64,000 bases of DNA, taken from the NCBI GenBank assembly GCA_965197905.1, contig CBDAOB010000005.1:1408001-1472000 (forward strand). The letters are read 5' to 3'. Below are positions 1 through 10,076 of this stretch, one piece after another (position 1 is the first letter of the stretch; every line of letters starts with the position of its first letter). Position numbers and translations under genes: made by a program. Origin of the DNA: Candidatus Latescibacterota bacterium (GTDB lineage Bacteria; Latescibacterota; UBA2968; UBA8231). Below the pieces are notes generated by a model that saw nothing but the letters and a program-made list of their open reading frames with translations, did not search any database and had not been told where the DNA came from.

Positions 1-1045
1 GGTCCGCGGTTATCTGCGCCAATACGGTTACGCCTTTTCCTGGAAACGAGCCTGGAATTTCTCCAAGGTCATGGCCTCCATGGGGTTGTCCTGGGCGACG
101 CGCAATCCGGTTGTTTGGGGCAAGCCGTTCGTCTTGATGGTAGAGCCGACCAACTACTGCAATCTCAAGTGCCCCCTTTGCCCCTCGGGAAACGGCGACA
201 TGACCCGCACCAGGGGCAAGATGAACCTGGATGATTTCAAATCGTTGATCGATCGCGTCGGCGGGGATCTAGTGCTGCTCATGTTGTGGAATCAGGGCGA
301 GCCGTTTCTCAATCGATGTTTCACGCAAATGGTGGAATACGCTCATGCAAAACACATTCCCACGTTGACCAGCACCAACGGCCACTTCGTACGCACTGCG
401 GAGCAGGCGAGGGATGTGGTAGAATCGGGACTCGATGAGATTATCGTGTCCCTGGATGGTGTCGATCAGGAAACCTATCAGCAGTATCGGGTAGGGGGCG
501 AGATCGAGAAGGTGTTCGATTGCGTGCGTTTGCTGTCGCGGGAAAAAGACAGGCTCGGAAGGCGTACTCCGCTGATCAACCTGCAGTTCATCGTCTTCAA
601 ACACAACGAAGGCGACCTGGAGGAGGCCGAACGCATTGCCCGTGATCTGGGTGCCGACAAATTCCTGATCAAGACGGCGCAAGTCTACAGCGATGAGGAT
701 GCATCGAGGTATCTTCCCGAGCAGGAGGAGTTCAATCGGTACGAGAACATCCCGCAAGAGGGACTGGCCGTGAAGGGACAGCCCAAGTGGGGATGCAAGG
801 TCCTTTGGTACAGCTCGATGGTCAATTGGAACGGCAAGGTTGCCCCTTGTTGCTTCGACAAGAATGGATCGGTCGATCTCGGTCATGCCTTTGGCGACGG
901 CTCTTTCCACAAGACCTGGCGCGGTCGTGCTTACATGGATTTTCGCCGCATGATTCTGCGCGATCGTACCAAGGTTCCCATGTGCAATAACTGCTCCGAG
1001 GGGTACACCGGTATGTTTTCCTTAGTCAAGGAAATGCGCGGCTGA
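1..1045 (+). CDS. Radical SAM/SPASM domain protein (frame open to the window edge, 5'-partial)
   Basis: CNLKCPLC radical SAM motif, QGEPFLN, C-terminal CC...CNNC SPASM cysteines; no stop in frame upstream of the ATG at 71. Confidence 0.85.
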   Translation, partial: VRGYLRQYGYAFSWKRAWNFSKVMASMGLSWATRNPVVWGKPFVLMVEPTNYCNLKCPLCPSGNGDMTRTRGKMNLDDFKSLIDRVGGDLVLLMLWNQGEPFLNRCFTQMVEYAHAKHIPTLTSTNGHFVRTAEQARDVVESGLDEIIVSLDGVDQETYQQYRVGGEIEKVFDCVRLLSREKDRLGRRTPLINLQFIVFKHNEGDLEEAERIARDLGADKFLIKTAQVYSDEDASRYLPEQEEFNRYENIPQEGLAVKGQPKWGCKVLWYSSMVNWNGKVAPCCFDKNGSVDLGHAFGDGSFHKTWRGRAYMDFRRMILRDRTKVPMCNNCSEGYTGMFSLVKEMRG

Positions 1046-1057
1046 TAAAGGCTCGCG

Positions 1058-2236
1058 ATGGAGCCGCACTTGGACCAGCTATCGGCGGCCGTACCGTATC
1101 TGCTCCCTGTTCTTGCCGCCATCTATGTCGCCGGTGTCTTGTGGTTTGCCAGCGGGATTGGCGGGCACATCTCCACCACAACCGAGGAGCCGTTCGTATC
1201 GGTTGTGATTACGGCGCGCGATGAAGCGGCCCGGCTTGAATCCTGTGTCGGCAAGCTTCTCAATCAGTCCTATCCCAGCTCCAAATTCGAGATCGTCCTT
1301 ATCGATGATGGGTCCACCGATGCAACCGGCCGCATCGGCACGAGCCTGTGCGCGCGGCATCGGCAGATCAAATTCTTGCGTGCCGACGGTGGCGGTTCGA
1401 AGAAACAAGCGCTCGAGGCCGGCATCCGCGCGAGCAACGGGAGCATCGTGCTGACGACAGACGCTCATTGTCTGGTGCCGGAATCGTGGGTGGCCGATCT
1501 GGTATCCTGTTTTGTAGAGGATGTGGGCATGGTGATCGGGTATAGCGAGACAGCGGGATCGGGATCGGATCTGGGATGGCTGCAGGGCTGGGAAGCGGTG
1601 GATTTTCTGTGCTTGATGGGGAGCGCTGCGGGAAGTGCCGGGCATGGAAGAGCGCTGGGGGCAAGCGGTCAGAGTCTCGCATTTCGCAAGAGCGCATTCG
1701 AGGAGATAGGAGGGTACGAACGCGTCAAACACCGGGTGTCCGGCGATGACGTGCTACTACTTCATTTGATTCGCCGCCACACCAAGTGGCGCGCAGTATT
1801 CAACCATGTGGCGGCTCCGGTGATACATCCGGCCGTATCGACGTGGAAGTCGTTCTTCAGCAAACGGGCACGGTGGGCATCAAACGCGCCGTATCAACTG
1901 ATGTTGAATCCCGCCTTTTTCATATACCTTCTCAACAGTTTCGCACTGAGTTGCGCCGTGGTCGCTTTGCCGCTGTTGGTAGGGATCGATGTTGTGAGCT
2001 GGCGCTGGGCAGTGGGGATCTTCCTGCTGAAGATTCTGGCCGAAACCGTGCTGTTTACGCGCGCGGCAGAGCAATTCAGGCGTCGAGATCTGCGCCGCTT
2101 CTTTCCGTGGTGGGCGTTGATTCTATCGGTTTACACGGTGTATGTCGGGATGTTAGGCGTTCTCGGCCGCTTCAGGTGGAAGGACACCGGATATGCCTGG
2201 GGCCGGAGCGAGCCAGCCAAGGTGCAGGACGCCTGA
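1058..2236 (+). CDS. Glycosyltransferase family 2 with transmembrane helices
   Basis: VSVVITARDE, DDGSTD, GDDV and KRARW (QxxRW-like) motifs; hydrophobic N- and C-termini. Confidence 0.85.
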   Translation: MEPHLDQLSAAVPYLLPVLAAIYVAGVLWFASGIGGHISTTTEEPFVSVVITARDEAARLESCVGKLLNQSYPSSKFEIVLIDDGSTDATGRIGTSLCARHRQIKFLRADGGGSKKQALEAGIRASNGSIVLTTDAHCLVPESWVADLVSCFVEDVGMVIGYSETAGSGSDLGWLQGWEAVDFLCLMGSAAGSAGHGRALGASGQSLAFRKSAFEEIGGYERVKHRVSGDDVLLLHLIRRHTKWRAVFNHVAAPVIHPAVSTWKSFFSKRARWASNAPYQLMLNPAFFIYLLNSFALSCAVVALPLLVGIDVVSWRWAVGIFLLKILAETVLFTRAAEQFRRRDLRRFFPWWALILSVYTVYVGMLGVLGRFRWKDTGYAWGRSEPAKVQDA

Positions 2237-2254
2237 AGTCTGCGCTTTGGAGTC

Positions 2255-4489
2255 TCAGGCCGCCTGAAGCTGACCGTCGTCGGGCCAGTTCTTCTGCGTC
2301 AAGGTAGTGGCGTTGATCGCGACCTTCACGTCGCTGCTGCGCTCGCCGACCCGGAGATGAACCCCCGGATAGATGGTCTGGCTGATCTGCACCATCGCCT
2401 CCATCGCTGACCGCGCCAACTCACGGTTCAATTTCTCCCGCCTGGTTTTGACGGTATTGGCAATGCGACGCGTGCGTTGCCACTGGCGAATGTATCCGGA
2501 GATCTGCGGTCGTTTCTGCGGGCTGGTGCGCCGCAGCAGTAACTTCAGTTTGGGTATCGTTATCGTTTCCGTGCCCAGCAGCCGGTGCAACCGATCTAGA
2601 TCCTCCTCGCAGGCGCCAAGTTTCTGTTGGCACAGATTCAGATTATCCTGAATCCTCGGATCCACACCGGCGATAATCTCCGTCTTCGTGCCACGGGGTG
2701 AGCCCGCAAAAGTCGCCCGAACACCGCGCGCACCCACCACGCGGCCGCCGCTGATCGTTCCCGAGCGGGTCAGACCCGTGCGGATCACAGTGACCAGACC
2801 GCCGCTAGAAACCCGCGCATTCTTGATGTAGCACCCCACCTGCAGGTCACCAGCGCAACGAATATCCGCTCCCTTTATTAAGCGGGTGGAAACGGAACCT
2901 TCCGCGACCACGCGGGTTTCTTCTCCTACGATGCCTCTCGCAGCAACGATATCTCTGCCAGCTGAAATACTCGATCCGGGTTCGGCCCTCCCCCTCAAAT
3001 ACACCGAACCCCCTGCAGCCACGGTAGAACCGGACAACAGCGATCCCGATATATATACATCTCCGCTGAAGTTCACGTTGCCCGTTTCGCCACCGACGTC
3101 TCCGGCGATCTGCAGAAATTCCAGAACCGAGACCGTTTCTCCGGAAAAGGTAGCCCGGCCATCTATGGCCGATGTGAAGAGCTGTGTCCCATCCGGCTCC
3201 TCTTCAACCTCGACGTTGGGTCCGGGTTTCAAGGTTGCAGATTTTGCTCCCAGCGCATCGAGGTCGTCGCCGAAAATGGTAAAGCCAGGTCGACCTTCAA
3301 CCGCCGGCTGAAGGCGCGCGAGTTTTGCGCCCTTCCTGACATTCAGCGCCGTGAACTTTTCGTTGAAGTCGATCGTGCCGTTCTCGTTGACCTTGGTGGT
3401 GGCGCGATCACTTTCTACCCAGTACTCGACTTTCCCACTGCGTCCGTGCCGCGGTGCTCTGCCGGCAGCAACCAGAGTTCGGTGCGGTCCAGCAGGGCCG
3501 GTTTCTGCGTGTCCGGCCAGTTTCTCGATCGCCTCGCGGTCGATACCGCGACAAACCCCCTGGCGCTCGAGCAAACCTTCGATGCACGCCGCGTCTGGGC
3601 CGCCGGCTGGCGCGGGGACATGCTCGAAGTGACATGACGAGCCGCCGCTGTCAATGCAGAGTGGATCCCGGATTCCGATCGAATCCTCCAGGAGGTAGAC
3701 GTAGCCGTAATCAAGCGCCCGGAATTCAGTGCCGTCGGAGGAGGCCTCAACTCCGGGGCCGGCAACAAATGTGCTCTCCTCGTCGACGGGAGGTGCGATC
3801 TCGTAACCGAAAACGTCCTGTCCCGGCGTGCCCTCCGAGGGCGGTTCGAGAGTAGCCAACGGCTGTCCCGGCTCCACCCAGCAGGCCCAAATCCCCTTCG
3901 GATACTCCATCGCTTTCCCGTTGGCCAGGAGCCCAAAGTAAGGCGCCAAATCTCCGAGAGCCTCTTCCGCGGCGAATTCGATCCGGGGCTTCTGGCCGCG
4001 GACTGGTTCCGGGGGAGTCCCCATCGCGATCTCGCGCCAGCATGTTTTTTGCCCCGATTCGATAAGGGTGTTGACCGCTCTCTCGACTGGTTCGAAGTCC
4101 AGGCAAGAAAGATTGTGACTCTCCAAAAGTGCGAAAAGGTCCTCTTGTTCGAAGTCCTCGAGGTAGCTGAATCCGGCGAGAAACGCCTCCACCAGACCCC
4201 TCGAAAAGGCAACGGTCAGCGTGCACGTCTCGAATTCCAGATCGGCGAACAGGTATTCCTTCTCCGCGGCCTCTGGCAGCTGGCAGGTATCCACGCGCAC
4301 CTTGTCCGCAGGGGAGTTGAGCAGCTGAGCCAGCTCGAGACAACATGGATCTTTGGGCAGCTCTACCTCAGCGGTGGCAGCGCTGTTTCCGCAGTTCTTC
4401 TTTTTAGACTTGAGCTTCCCGTTTGACGGTAGCGGAAATAGGGCCTTCAAGGCGTGGCTGAGTCGGGACGTCGAGCGATTTCGCGGCAT
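2255..4489 (-). CDS. DUF342/FapA-family protein with duplicated N-terminal module
   Basis: Repeated P..G.PG.(D/T)(V/I)FG modules, GDVGGETGNVNFSGDV beta-helix start, C-terminal coiled coil and IYPGV motif. Confidence 0.75.
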   Translation of the reverse strand: MPRNRSTSRLSHALKALFPLPSNGKLKSKKKNCGNSAATAEVELPKDPCCLELAQLLNSPADKVRVDTCQLPEAAEKEYLFADLEFETCTLTVAFSRGLVEAFLAGFSYLEDFEQEDLFALLESHNLSCLDFEPVERAVNTLIESGQKTCWREIAMGTPPEPVRGQKPRIEFAAEEALGDLAPYFGLLANGKAMEYPKGIWACWVEPGQPLATLEPPSEGTPGQDVFGYEIAPPVDEESTFVAGPGVEASSDGTEFRALDYGYVYLLEDSIGIRDPLCIDSGGSSCHFEHVPAPAGGPDAACIEGLLERQGVCRGIDREAIEKLAGHAETGPAGPHRTLVAAGRAPRHGRSGKVEYWVESDRATTKVNENGTIDFNEKFTALNVRKGAKLARLQPAVEGRPGFTIFGDDLDALGAKSATLKPGPNVEVEEEPDGTQLFTSAIDGRATFSGETVSVLEFLQIAGDVGGETGNVNFSGDVYISGSLLSGSTVAAGGSVYLRGRAEPGSSISAGRDIVAARGIVGEETRVVAEGSVSTRLIKGADIRCAGDLQVGCYIKNARVSSGGLVTVIRTGLTRSGTISGGRVVGARGVRATFAGSPRGTKTEIIAGVDPRIQDNLNLCQQKLGACEEDLDRLHRLLGTETITIPKLKLLLRRTSPQKRPQISGYIRQWQRTRRIANTVKTRREKLNRELARSAMEAMVQISQTIYPGVHLRVGERSSDVKVAINATTLTQKNWPDDGQLQAA

Positions 4490-4686
4490 GCGCCAGGTCC
4501 GGATAGGGCGATTGATGGAATGTAGTATTACGTCACAACAATCGGCCCCGATCCCAATCTCTTGAGTGGTTTTTTATCGGAATTCAGGCCGAACGCCTAC
4601 GCACGTAGCTTCTGTACGATGGTAGTCGGGTCCTGGCGCTAGGGGTTGGGGGGTTGAACGGGGTCCGTCTAGGCAGACAAGGGGGC

Positions 4687-5967
4687 TTAATGGCCGACAG
4701 CGTCTTGCCTGCGAATTAACGCGGTCACCTCGGTGGGCGTCTGGCATCGCAGGAATTCTTGGCGGGTGTCGTCCGGTCTCATGAGTGCGGCAATTTTGGC
4801 CAACACCGGAATGTAGCTGCGGTAGTTCTGTTGCGGTGTCAAGAGGAGGAATACGAAGCGCACCGGTTCCGCATAGGGCCCTTCAAAGTCGATGCCCTCC
4901 GGACAGATCCCAAGGCAGCCGATTACCCCCGGAAGATTCGGGATACGGGCATGGGGCACCGCAATCTCGTGACCTATCGCGGTCGATGTTTCCCTTTCCC
5001 TGGCCATGGCCGTCTCGAGTACCATCCGGTGTTGCGAGGCGGGGACCTGTCTTTCGTCCACCAGTGCATCTACCAACGTTTCGACTGCCTCCCACTTGTT
5101 GTTGGGGCGCAGATCGAGCCGAATAGTGTTGACCCAAAAGATATCGGTGAGGGACGGGCGGTTCGGCAGGGTCGATCGCACCATGAGAACGGAACAGGAT
5201 GTCTTATTGGTGATTTCGTCCGGTATCGAACCGGCGAGGTACTCGTCCTGGCGCCATTCGTTGGATGCTCCAAGAATGACGAGGTCGTCCGCTCCGGCGC
5301 GCTCGACGACCGTTGAAACGACATCCGATGCGGGCAATATGGTCGTCGGGATATCGATGTTGAGCAGGCTCAATTGAAGGTTGGATTCCTGGCGCAACTG
5401 TTCGCAATACCGTTGCAGAATCGGATCATCGGAATTGCAGCGCCGATCCCTTGCGATACGCAAGACTTCCAGCTCGGCATCCCACAACTGGGCGAGTTCG
5501 TAACCGATCTGGACTCCAGTGAGTGCATGGCTCCCGCCGCCGCTGGGAACGAGAATTCGTTTGGCCTTGCCGAGATCGCGCTCCTTCAGGATCAAAGTGT
5601 CCAGGCGCACTTCCTTGGCCAGGTCTCGGTTCTGAGAAGCCAAGACGCTGAGTTTGTCGACACCCCGGTACCAGCCCATGATCATCATGTTGCAGTCCCA
5701 CTGTGTCACCGCCTCCTGAATCCCCTTGGTAACGTTTGGCCCGCGAACGAGGTGCGGAATCGCCGTGGCGCCCTGATCGGTGGCCACGGCGGTGGCTTTC
5801 TGCAACAGTAAATCAGCCGTCTCGCTGGATTCCCCATCCTTCAGGATATGTGTCAGATGCATTACTCCGCCCCTGGTCTGCGCCATAGCTGACGCGAAAC
5901 GAACGAGACCTCCTTCCATGTCGGGATGTTCCAGCGGAACCAGAATCTTGAGCGTGGACTGGGTCAT
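4687..5967 (-). CDS. Universal stress protein domains fused to a PTS EIIA (Ntr/Fru-type) domain
   Basis: KILVPL and RILVPSGGGSHA USP starts, GSIPDEI..SVLMVR; C-terminal RERETSTAIGHEIAVPHAR EIIA signature; likely start ATG 5967. Confidence 0.8.
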   Translation of the reverse strand: MTQSTLKILVPLEHPDMEGGLVRFASAMAQTRGGVMHLTHILKDGESSETADLLLQKATAVATDQGATAIPHLVRGPNVTKGIQEAVTQWDCNMMIMGWYRGVDKLSVLASQNRDLAKEVRLDTLILKERDLGKAKRILVPSGGGSHALTGVQIGYELAQLWDAELEVLRIARDRRCNSDDPILQRYCEQLRQESNLQLSLLNIDIPTTILPASDVVSTVVERAGADDLVILGASNEWRQDEYLAGSIPDEITNKTSCSVLMVRSTLPNRPSLTDIFWVNTIRLDLRPNNKWEAVETLVDALVDERQVPASQHRMVLETAMARERETSTAIGHEIAVPHARIPNLPGVIGCLGICPEGIDFEGPYAEPVRFVFLLLTPQQNYRSYIPVLAKIAALMRPDDTRQEFLRCQTPTEVTALIRRQDAVGH

Positions 5968-6238
5968 AAGCCGTTTCGAGTGGAATGGATATGGCGTGGC
6001 GCGGAAGAGGAAACCACGGATGTTTCTCTGCGCATCTGGGGGAAAGAGCAAATCCAGCAGATTCAAAGATAATAGTACGCTCCCTAATTTTCCAGCGATG
6101 TGACTTCGCTCACCGTGGCGCAATTCCTCAGAAATACTGGTAGTTACGGCAGGTGGCCTCGTTTGCACATGCCGTGGCGGTGTTTTAGTTTGTCCCTCTA
6201 GTGCCCCAATCCCCAAGGCTCTGGAGCCAAACGATCAG

Positions 6239-7120
6239 ATGGAAAATCGCGTTCTAAGACTGTTCTTTTGTTTCGGGTTGATCGGTTGGGCCGGCTGCGA
6301 TTTTCTCGCGGAACCGCCCGTCCCGGTCAGCTCTGAAGCCGGTGTTCTCGCCGTGGAGCAGGAAGCTCTGGGCAAGAGAGTTGAGAGCGAACGTCTTGCG
6401 TTTCGAGCTGCCCGGCAATCCGGGGATTCTGGGCCGACGGACCGCCTAACCATCGAGAATGCCAACCTCGCGCTCGAGATTCGCGATTACGACAGCTGGC
6501 TGGACGCTCTAGAAGCACAGATTTCCAACTACGGAGGAACTCTACAGAGTGTCAGTTCCCGCACCCTACACGAGAATGTGCAAACGGGTAGGCTAGTCGT
6601 CAGAATCCCGAGCCAGCAAATGAATGCGTTCGTCGACTACGTGAAAGGCAGTGCGCTCATCGTTGAACGCGAGAGTCGGTCGGGGCGCGACGTGTCGACG
6701 GAGTTCTTCGATCTCGAAGCGCGAATTACCAACAAAATCGAAACCGAGAAACGCTTTCGAGAAATCCTGGAGAAAGCCACGTCGGTGGAGGAGGTTCTTT
6801 CGGTAGAGCGGGAACTCTCGCGCTTGCGGGAGGAGGTCGACCGGCTGCAGGGTCGCAAGAAGCACCTGAAGAGTCGTATCGAGATGTCCACGGTAACAGT
6901 GGAATGGCACGAGCCTTATGCGGTGGGCAGCCTGCCCGAGGGAAAGGGGTTTTGGAAAACGGTTCTGGACGGATTCAGGGCAGGCGTCGAAGGATTCGCA
7001 GTGGTGTTGCGGGGGACTATTGCGCTGTCGATAGCAGCGGTACCGGCGGTAGGTGCGCTGGCTGCCCTGATCTGGATTATCAAAGCTATCCGCCGATGGC
7101 GACGTCGTCGCGGCGAGTAG
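6239..7120 (+). CDS. DUF4349-family lipoprotein with C-terminal TM helix
   Basis: Lipobox-like WAGC, VRIPS, DVSTEFFDLEARI, ERELSRLREEVDRLQGR pattern. Confidence 0.75.
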   Translation: MENRVLRLFFCFGLIGWAGCDFLAEPPVPVSSEAGVLAVEQEALGKRVESERLAFRAARQSGDSGPTDRLTIENANLALEIRDYDSWLDALEAQISNYGGTLQSVSSRTLHENVQTGRLVVRIPSQQMNAFVDYVKGSALIVERESRSGRDVSTEFFDLEARITNKIETEKRFREILEKATSVEEVLSVERELSRLREEVDRLQGRKKHLKSRIEMSTVTVEWHEPYAVGSLPEGKGFWKTVLDGFRAGVEGFAVVLRGTIALSIAAVPAVGALAALIWIIKAIRRWRRRRGE

Positions 7121-7127
7121 TGGAAGC

Positions 7128-7898
7128 ATGGAATCCGAAGTTATACTCGCGCTGAACGGCATCCTCGCCATTGCGGCTTTTTTTTCTTCGCTCACCGGAT
7201 TCGGATATGCGTTAATCGCCACACCGTTCCTGGTCCTCATTTTTCCGCCGGCGGTAGTCGTGCCTCTGGTGCTGACAACATGGGTGCCCCTCTCGGTCTT
7301 CCTGGTGATCGAAGTCAGAAGAGATATGTCTGGGCGGAGGATCGGCAGCCTGCTTTTGGGTTCTGCTTTGGGAGCTCCGGTAGGGGTCTACCTGTTGACC
7401 AGTCTTGGCGTGCAGCCGATGCAACTGGCCATCGGGTCGTTTACATTGTTGGCAGCGGGAGTACTGGTCGTGCGACCGTTCCCCCGGTTGCCGGGTGAGA
7501 GGGCGCTTTGCATCGCCGGCGGCATGCTGAGCGGGGTATCAGGGGGAGCGACTGCTATGTCGGGTCCTCCGGTGGTTCTGCTAGGATTGAATCAGGGATG
7601 GGAGCCGCGGAACTTCAGGGCGGACCTGATCGGCTATTTCACCGTTCTCCACCTGGGCGTATTGCTTTTGCTGGGTGCGTCAGGAGTCTTCGATTCCACG
7701 GTCTTGTCGATGGGTCTGGCAAGTGTGCCGGGCGTCGTGATCGGGTACGTCGCTGGCATCCGCGCCGGCAAGAGGCTGACCAGTCGCATCTTTCGAGTTG
7801 CCGCTATTACCCTCGTAACTCTAGGAGGTACCCTGGTGTTGACGGAAGCTCTGGCGGGAGACATCGCCGCAAGGATCGTTGCTCTTTTCCAGAGTTGA
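7128..7898 (+). CDS. Sulfite exporter TauE/SafE family membrane protein
   Basis: GFGYALIATP and GATAMSGPPVV duplicated motifs, about 8 TM helices. Confidence 0.8.
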   Translation: MESEVILALNGILAIAAFFSSLTGFGYALIATPFLVLIFPPAVVVPLVLTTWVPLSVFLVIEVRRDMSGRRIGSLLLGSALGAPVGVYLLTSLGVQPMQLAIGSFTLLAAGVLVVRPFPRLPGERALCIAGGMLSGVSGGATAMSGPPVVLLGLNQGWEPRNFRADLIGYFTVLHLGVLLLLGASGVFDSTVLSMGLASVPGVVIGYVAGIRAGKRLTSRIFRVAAITLVTLGGTLVLTEALAGDIAARIVALFQS

Positions 7899-7904
7899 CC
7901 CTCC

Positions 7905-8288
7905 ATGACTGCTGGCGAACAGATATCAACGATTCCCGAGCTGATTCTTGTGATCGACGACGAGGACATCGTCAGAAGATCCATGCAACGGTATTTGGAA
8001 TATAATGATTACCTCGTGGCAACGGCTGAAAACGGAGAAGACGGGATCCAGATTTTCAAGCAGAGACAGAAGGAGGTCCGTCTGATCGTGCTCGATCTCT
8101 CCATGCCGCAGATGTCGGGGGTGGAGGTTCTAGAGGAGATTCGCAGCTTCGACAACGAGGTCAAAGTGGTCGTCGTTAGTGGATTCGCTCCCGATAAGGC
8201 CGCTTTGTCCGGGGTCGATCACGTGTTGCAGAAACCGTTTGATCCCGATGATCTGATAGCCGTCGTCCGGCGGGCTCTGGAAGGCTGA
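7905..8288 (+). CDS. Single-domain response regulator (receiver)
   Basis: ILVIDDE, LDLSMPQMSG, VVSG, KPF motifs. Confidence 0.9.
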   Translation: MTAGEQISTIPELILVIDDEDIVRRSMQRYLEYNDYLVATAENGEDGIQIFKQRQKEVRLIVLDLSMPQMSGVEVLEEIRSFDNEVKVVVVSGFAPDKAALSGVDHVLQKPFDPDDLIAVVRRALEG

Positions 8289-8293
8289 CGATC

Positions 8294-8692
8294 ATGGTGC
8301 TCGACCTCGCTATCCACAGCCTTGGGGAACTGATCTTCGTCGTTTTCTTCATCGTCTCCGTGATGATATCGCTCTACGCCTTCTATTCCTTTTTGTCTCA
8401 ACGCGGACCTTTGAAGCTCCAGCTGACCCAGATCGAGACCGAGCTCGATCTCCTTCGTCCCAAGCTGCCGAAGCAGCGATTGAAGGTAAGGTTGGTAAGA
8501 CGCAAAGTTCCACCGCTGCACCAGAAACGGCAGGTGTTCAGCAACTACTTCCGGATACTGCAGGATATCATAAGAGATTTCGACCTGCGCGAAATGGAGC
8601 AGGAGAGACTGCAGAAGGATGAAAAGAAGAAGAGATTCGAAGCCGAAACTGGAAAAAATCGGGACGACCTCTTCGAGGATCACGACGATTAA
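8294..8692 (+). CDS. Hypothetical protein with N-terminal TM helix and coiled coil
   Basis: Fits operon spacing between neighbours; hydrophobic N-terminus, charged C-terminus. Confidence 0.6.
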   Translation: MVLDLAIHSLGELIFVVFFIVSVMISLYAFYSFLSQRGPLKLQLTQIETELDLLRPKLPKQRLKVRLVRRKVPPLHQKRQVFSNYFRILQDIIRDFDLREMEQERLQKDEKKKRFEAETGKNRDDLFEDHDD

Positions 8693-8716
8693 CCACGCTT
8701 AACTGCGGACATTTCG

Positions 8717-10069
8717 ATGCCAACCAAAGAGGAGCTCAAACGCAAAGTATGCGAACAGATTGACCGCGACTCAGATTCGATCACCGGGCTGGGTGAGGAC
8801 ATCATGGACCACCCGGAACTCGGGTTCAAGGAGGTCCGGACCGCGCAGCGGGTAGCGGAGCTGTTGGGAGGGATGAATCTCCCTTTGGAGGACGGGTTGG
8901 CGATTACCGGGGTAAAAGCCGTCTTACGCGGCAAGAACCCGGGACCCACGGTTGCGATCATGGGCGAGCTCGATGCGCTGGTTGTGCCTGACCATCCCCG
9001 AGCCGACAGCGCCACTGGTGCTGCTCATGCCTGCGGCCACAACGCCCAGATCGCGGGGATGCTGGGCGCGGCGATGGGGTTGGTGCGGGTCAACGCCGCC
9101 GAGCATCTGAGCGGAAATGTGGTTTTCTTTGCGGTCCCTGCCGAAGAGTATGTGGAAATCGATTACCGCTTGGGGCTGGTAAAAGAGGGAAAAACCTCCT
9201 TCATCCAGGGCAAACCGGAATTGGTACAGCTCGGACATTTCGACGATGTGGACATGGCGGTGATGATCCACAGCACTAGCCCTGACCAGGCGGAAGGTTC
9301 CATGGGCATCGCCGAATCCAACAATGGATTCCTGGCCAAGAACATCCGTTTCGTCGGCACCGCCGCGCATGCGGGCGCGCGTCCCGATCTTGGCGTAAAC
9401 GCGCTCAACGCCGCGACGCTGGCTCTCAACGCCATTCATGCTCAGCGCGAAACCTTTCGCGACGAGGACTGCGTCCGGGTTCATCCGATCATCACCAAAG
9501 GAGGGGATCTCGTAAACATCGTTCCCGCGGAAGTAAGAATGGAAACCTACGTGCGCGCCAAGTCCCACGAGGCGGTATCGAGCGCCTCTGCCAAGGTTGA
9601 TCGGGCGCTGCGGGGAGCAGCCATGGCGTTGGGATGCACTGTGGCGATCGAAACGATTCCCGGATCGTTGCCACTGCGTTCGGACAAAGGGTTGGCCGCG
9701 ATATTCAAGGAGAATGCCTCCGACCTTTTCGGGCCGTCAGAGTACCGCGACTATCCACACAGCGGAGGTTCCACCGATGCCGGCGACTTGAGTCAGATCA
9801 TGCCGGTTCTACACCCGTATATGACCGGCGCCAGAGGCGGAAACCACAGCCCCCAATGGCACATCGGCGACTTTGACTCGGGATATATCGCTCCTGCGAA
9901 AACCCTGGCGATGATGGCGATCGATCTGCTAGGCGACGGAGGTGAGAGCGCTGAGAACATCAAGGCGGAACGGCCTGCCATGTCCGTCGCCGAGTACCTG
10001 CAGGTGCAGAAAAAGATATTTCACTCCGAGACCTTCAATGGGGCCGGCGAATTCCCCAACGCAAACTGA
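8717..10069 (+). CDS. M20 family amidohydrolase
   Basis: HPELGFKE, GELDAL, HACGHNAQ, PAEE, GSTDAG motifs. Confidence 0.9.
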   Translation: MPTKEELKRKVCEQIDRDSDSITGLGEDIMDHPELGFKEVRTAQRVAELLGGMNLPLEDGLAITGVKAVLRGKNPGPTVAIMGELDALVVPDHPRADSATGAAHACGHNAQIAGMLGAAMGLVRVNAAEHLSGNVVFFAVPAEEYVEIDYRLGLVKEGKTSFIQGKPELVQLGHFDDVDMAVMIHSTSPDQAEGSMGIAESNNGFLAKNIRFVGTAAHAGARPDLGVNALNAATLALNAIHAQRETFRDEDCVRVHPIITKGGDLVNIVPAEVRMETYVRAKSHEAVSSASAKVDRALRGAAMALGCTVAIETIPGSLPLRSDKGLAAIFKENASDLFGPSEYRDYPHSGGSTDAGDLSQIMPVLHPYMTGARGGNHSPQWHIGDFDSGYIAPAKTLAMMAIDLLGDGGESAENIKAERPAMSVAEYLQVQKKIFHSETFNGAGEFPNAN

Positions 10070-10076
10070 TCGCGGC

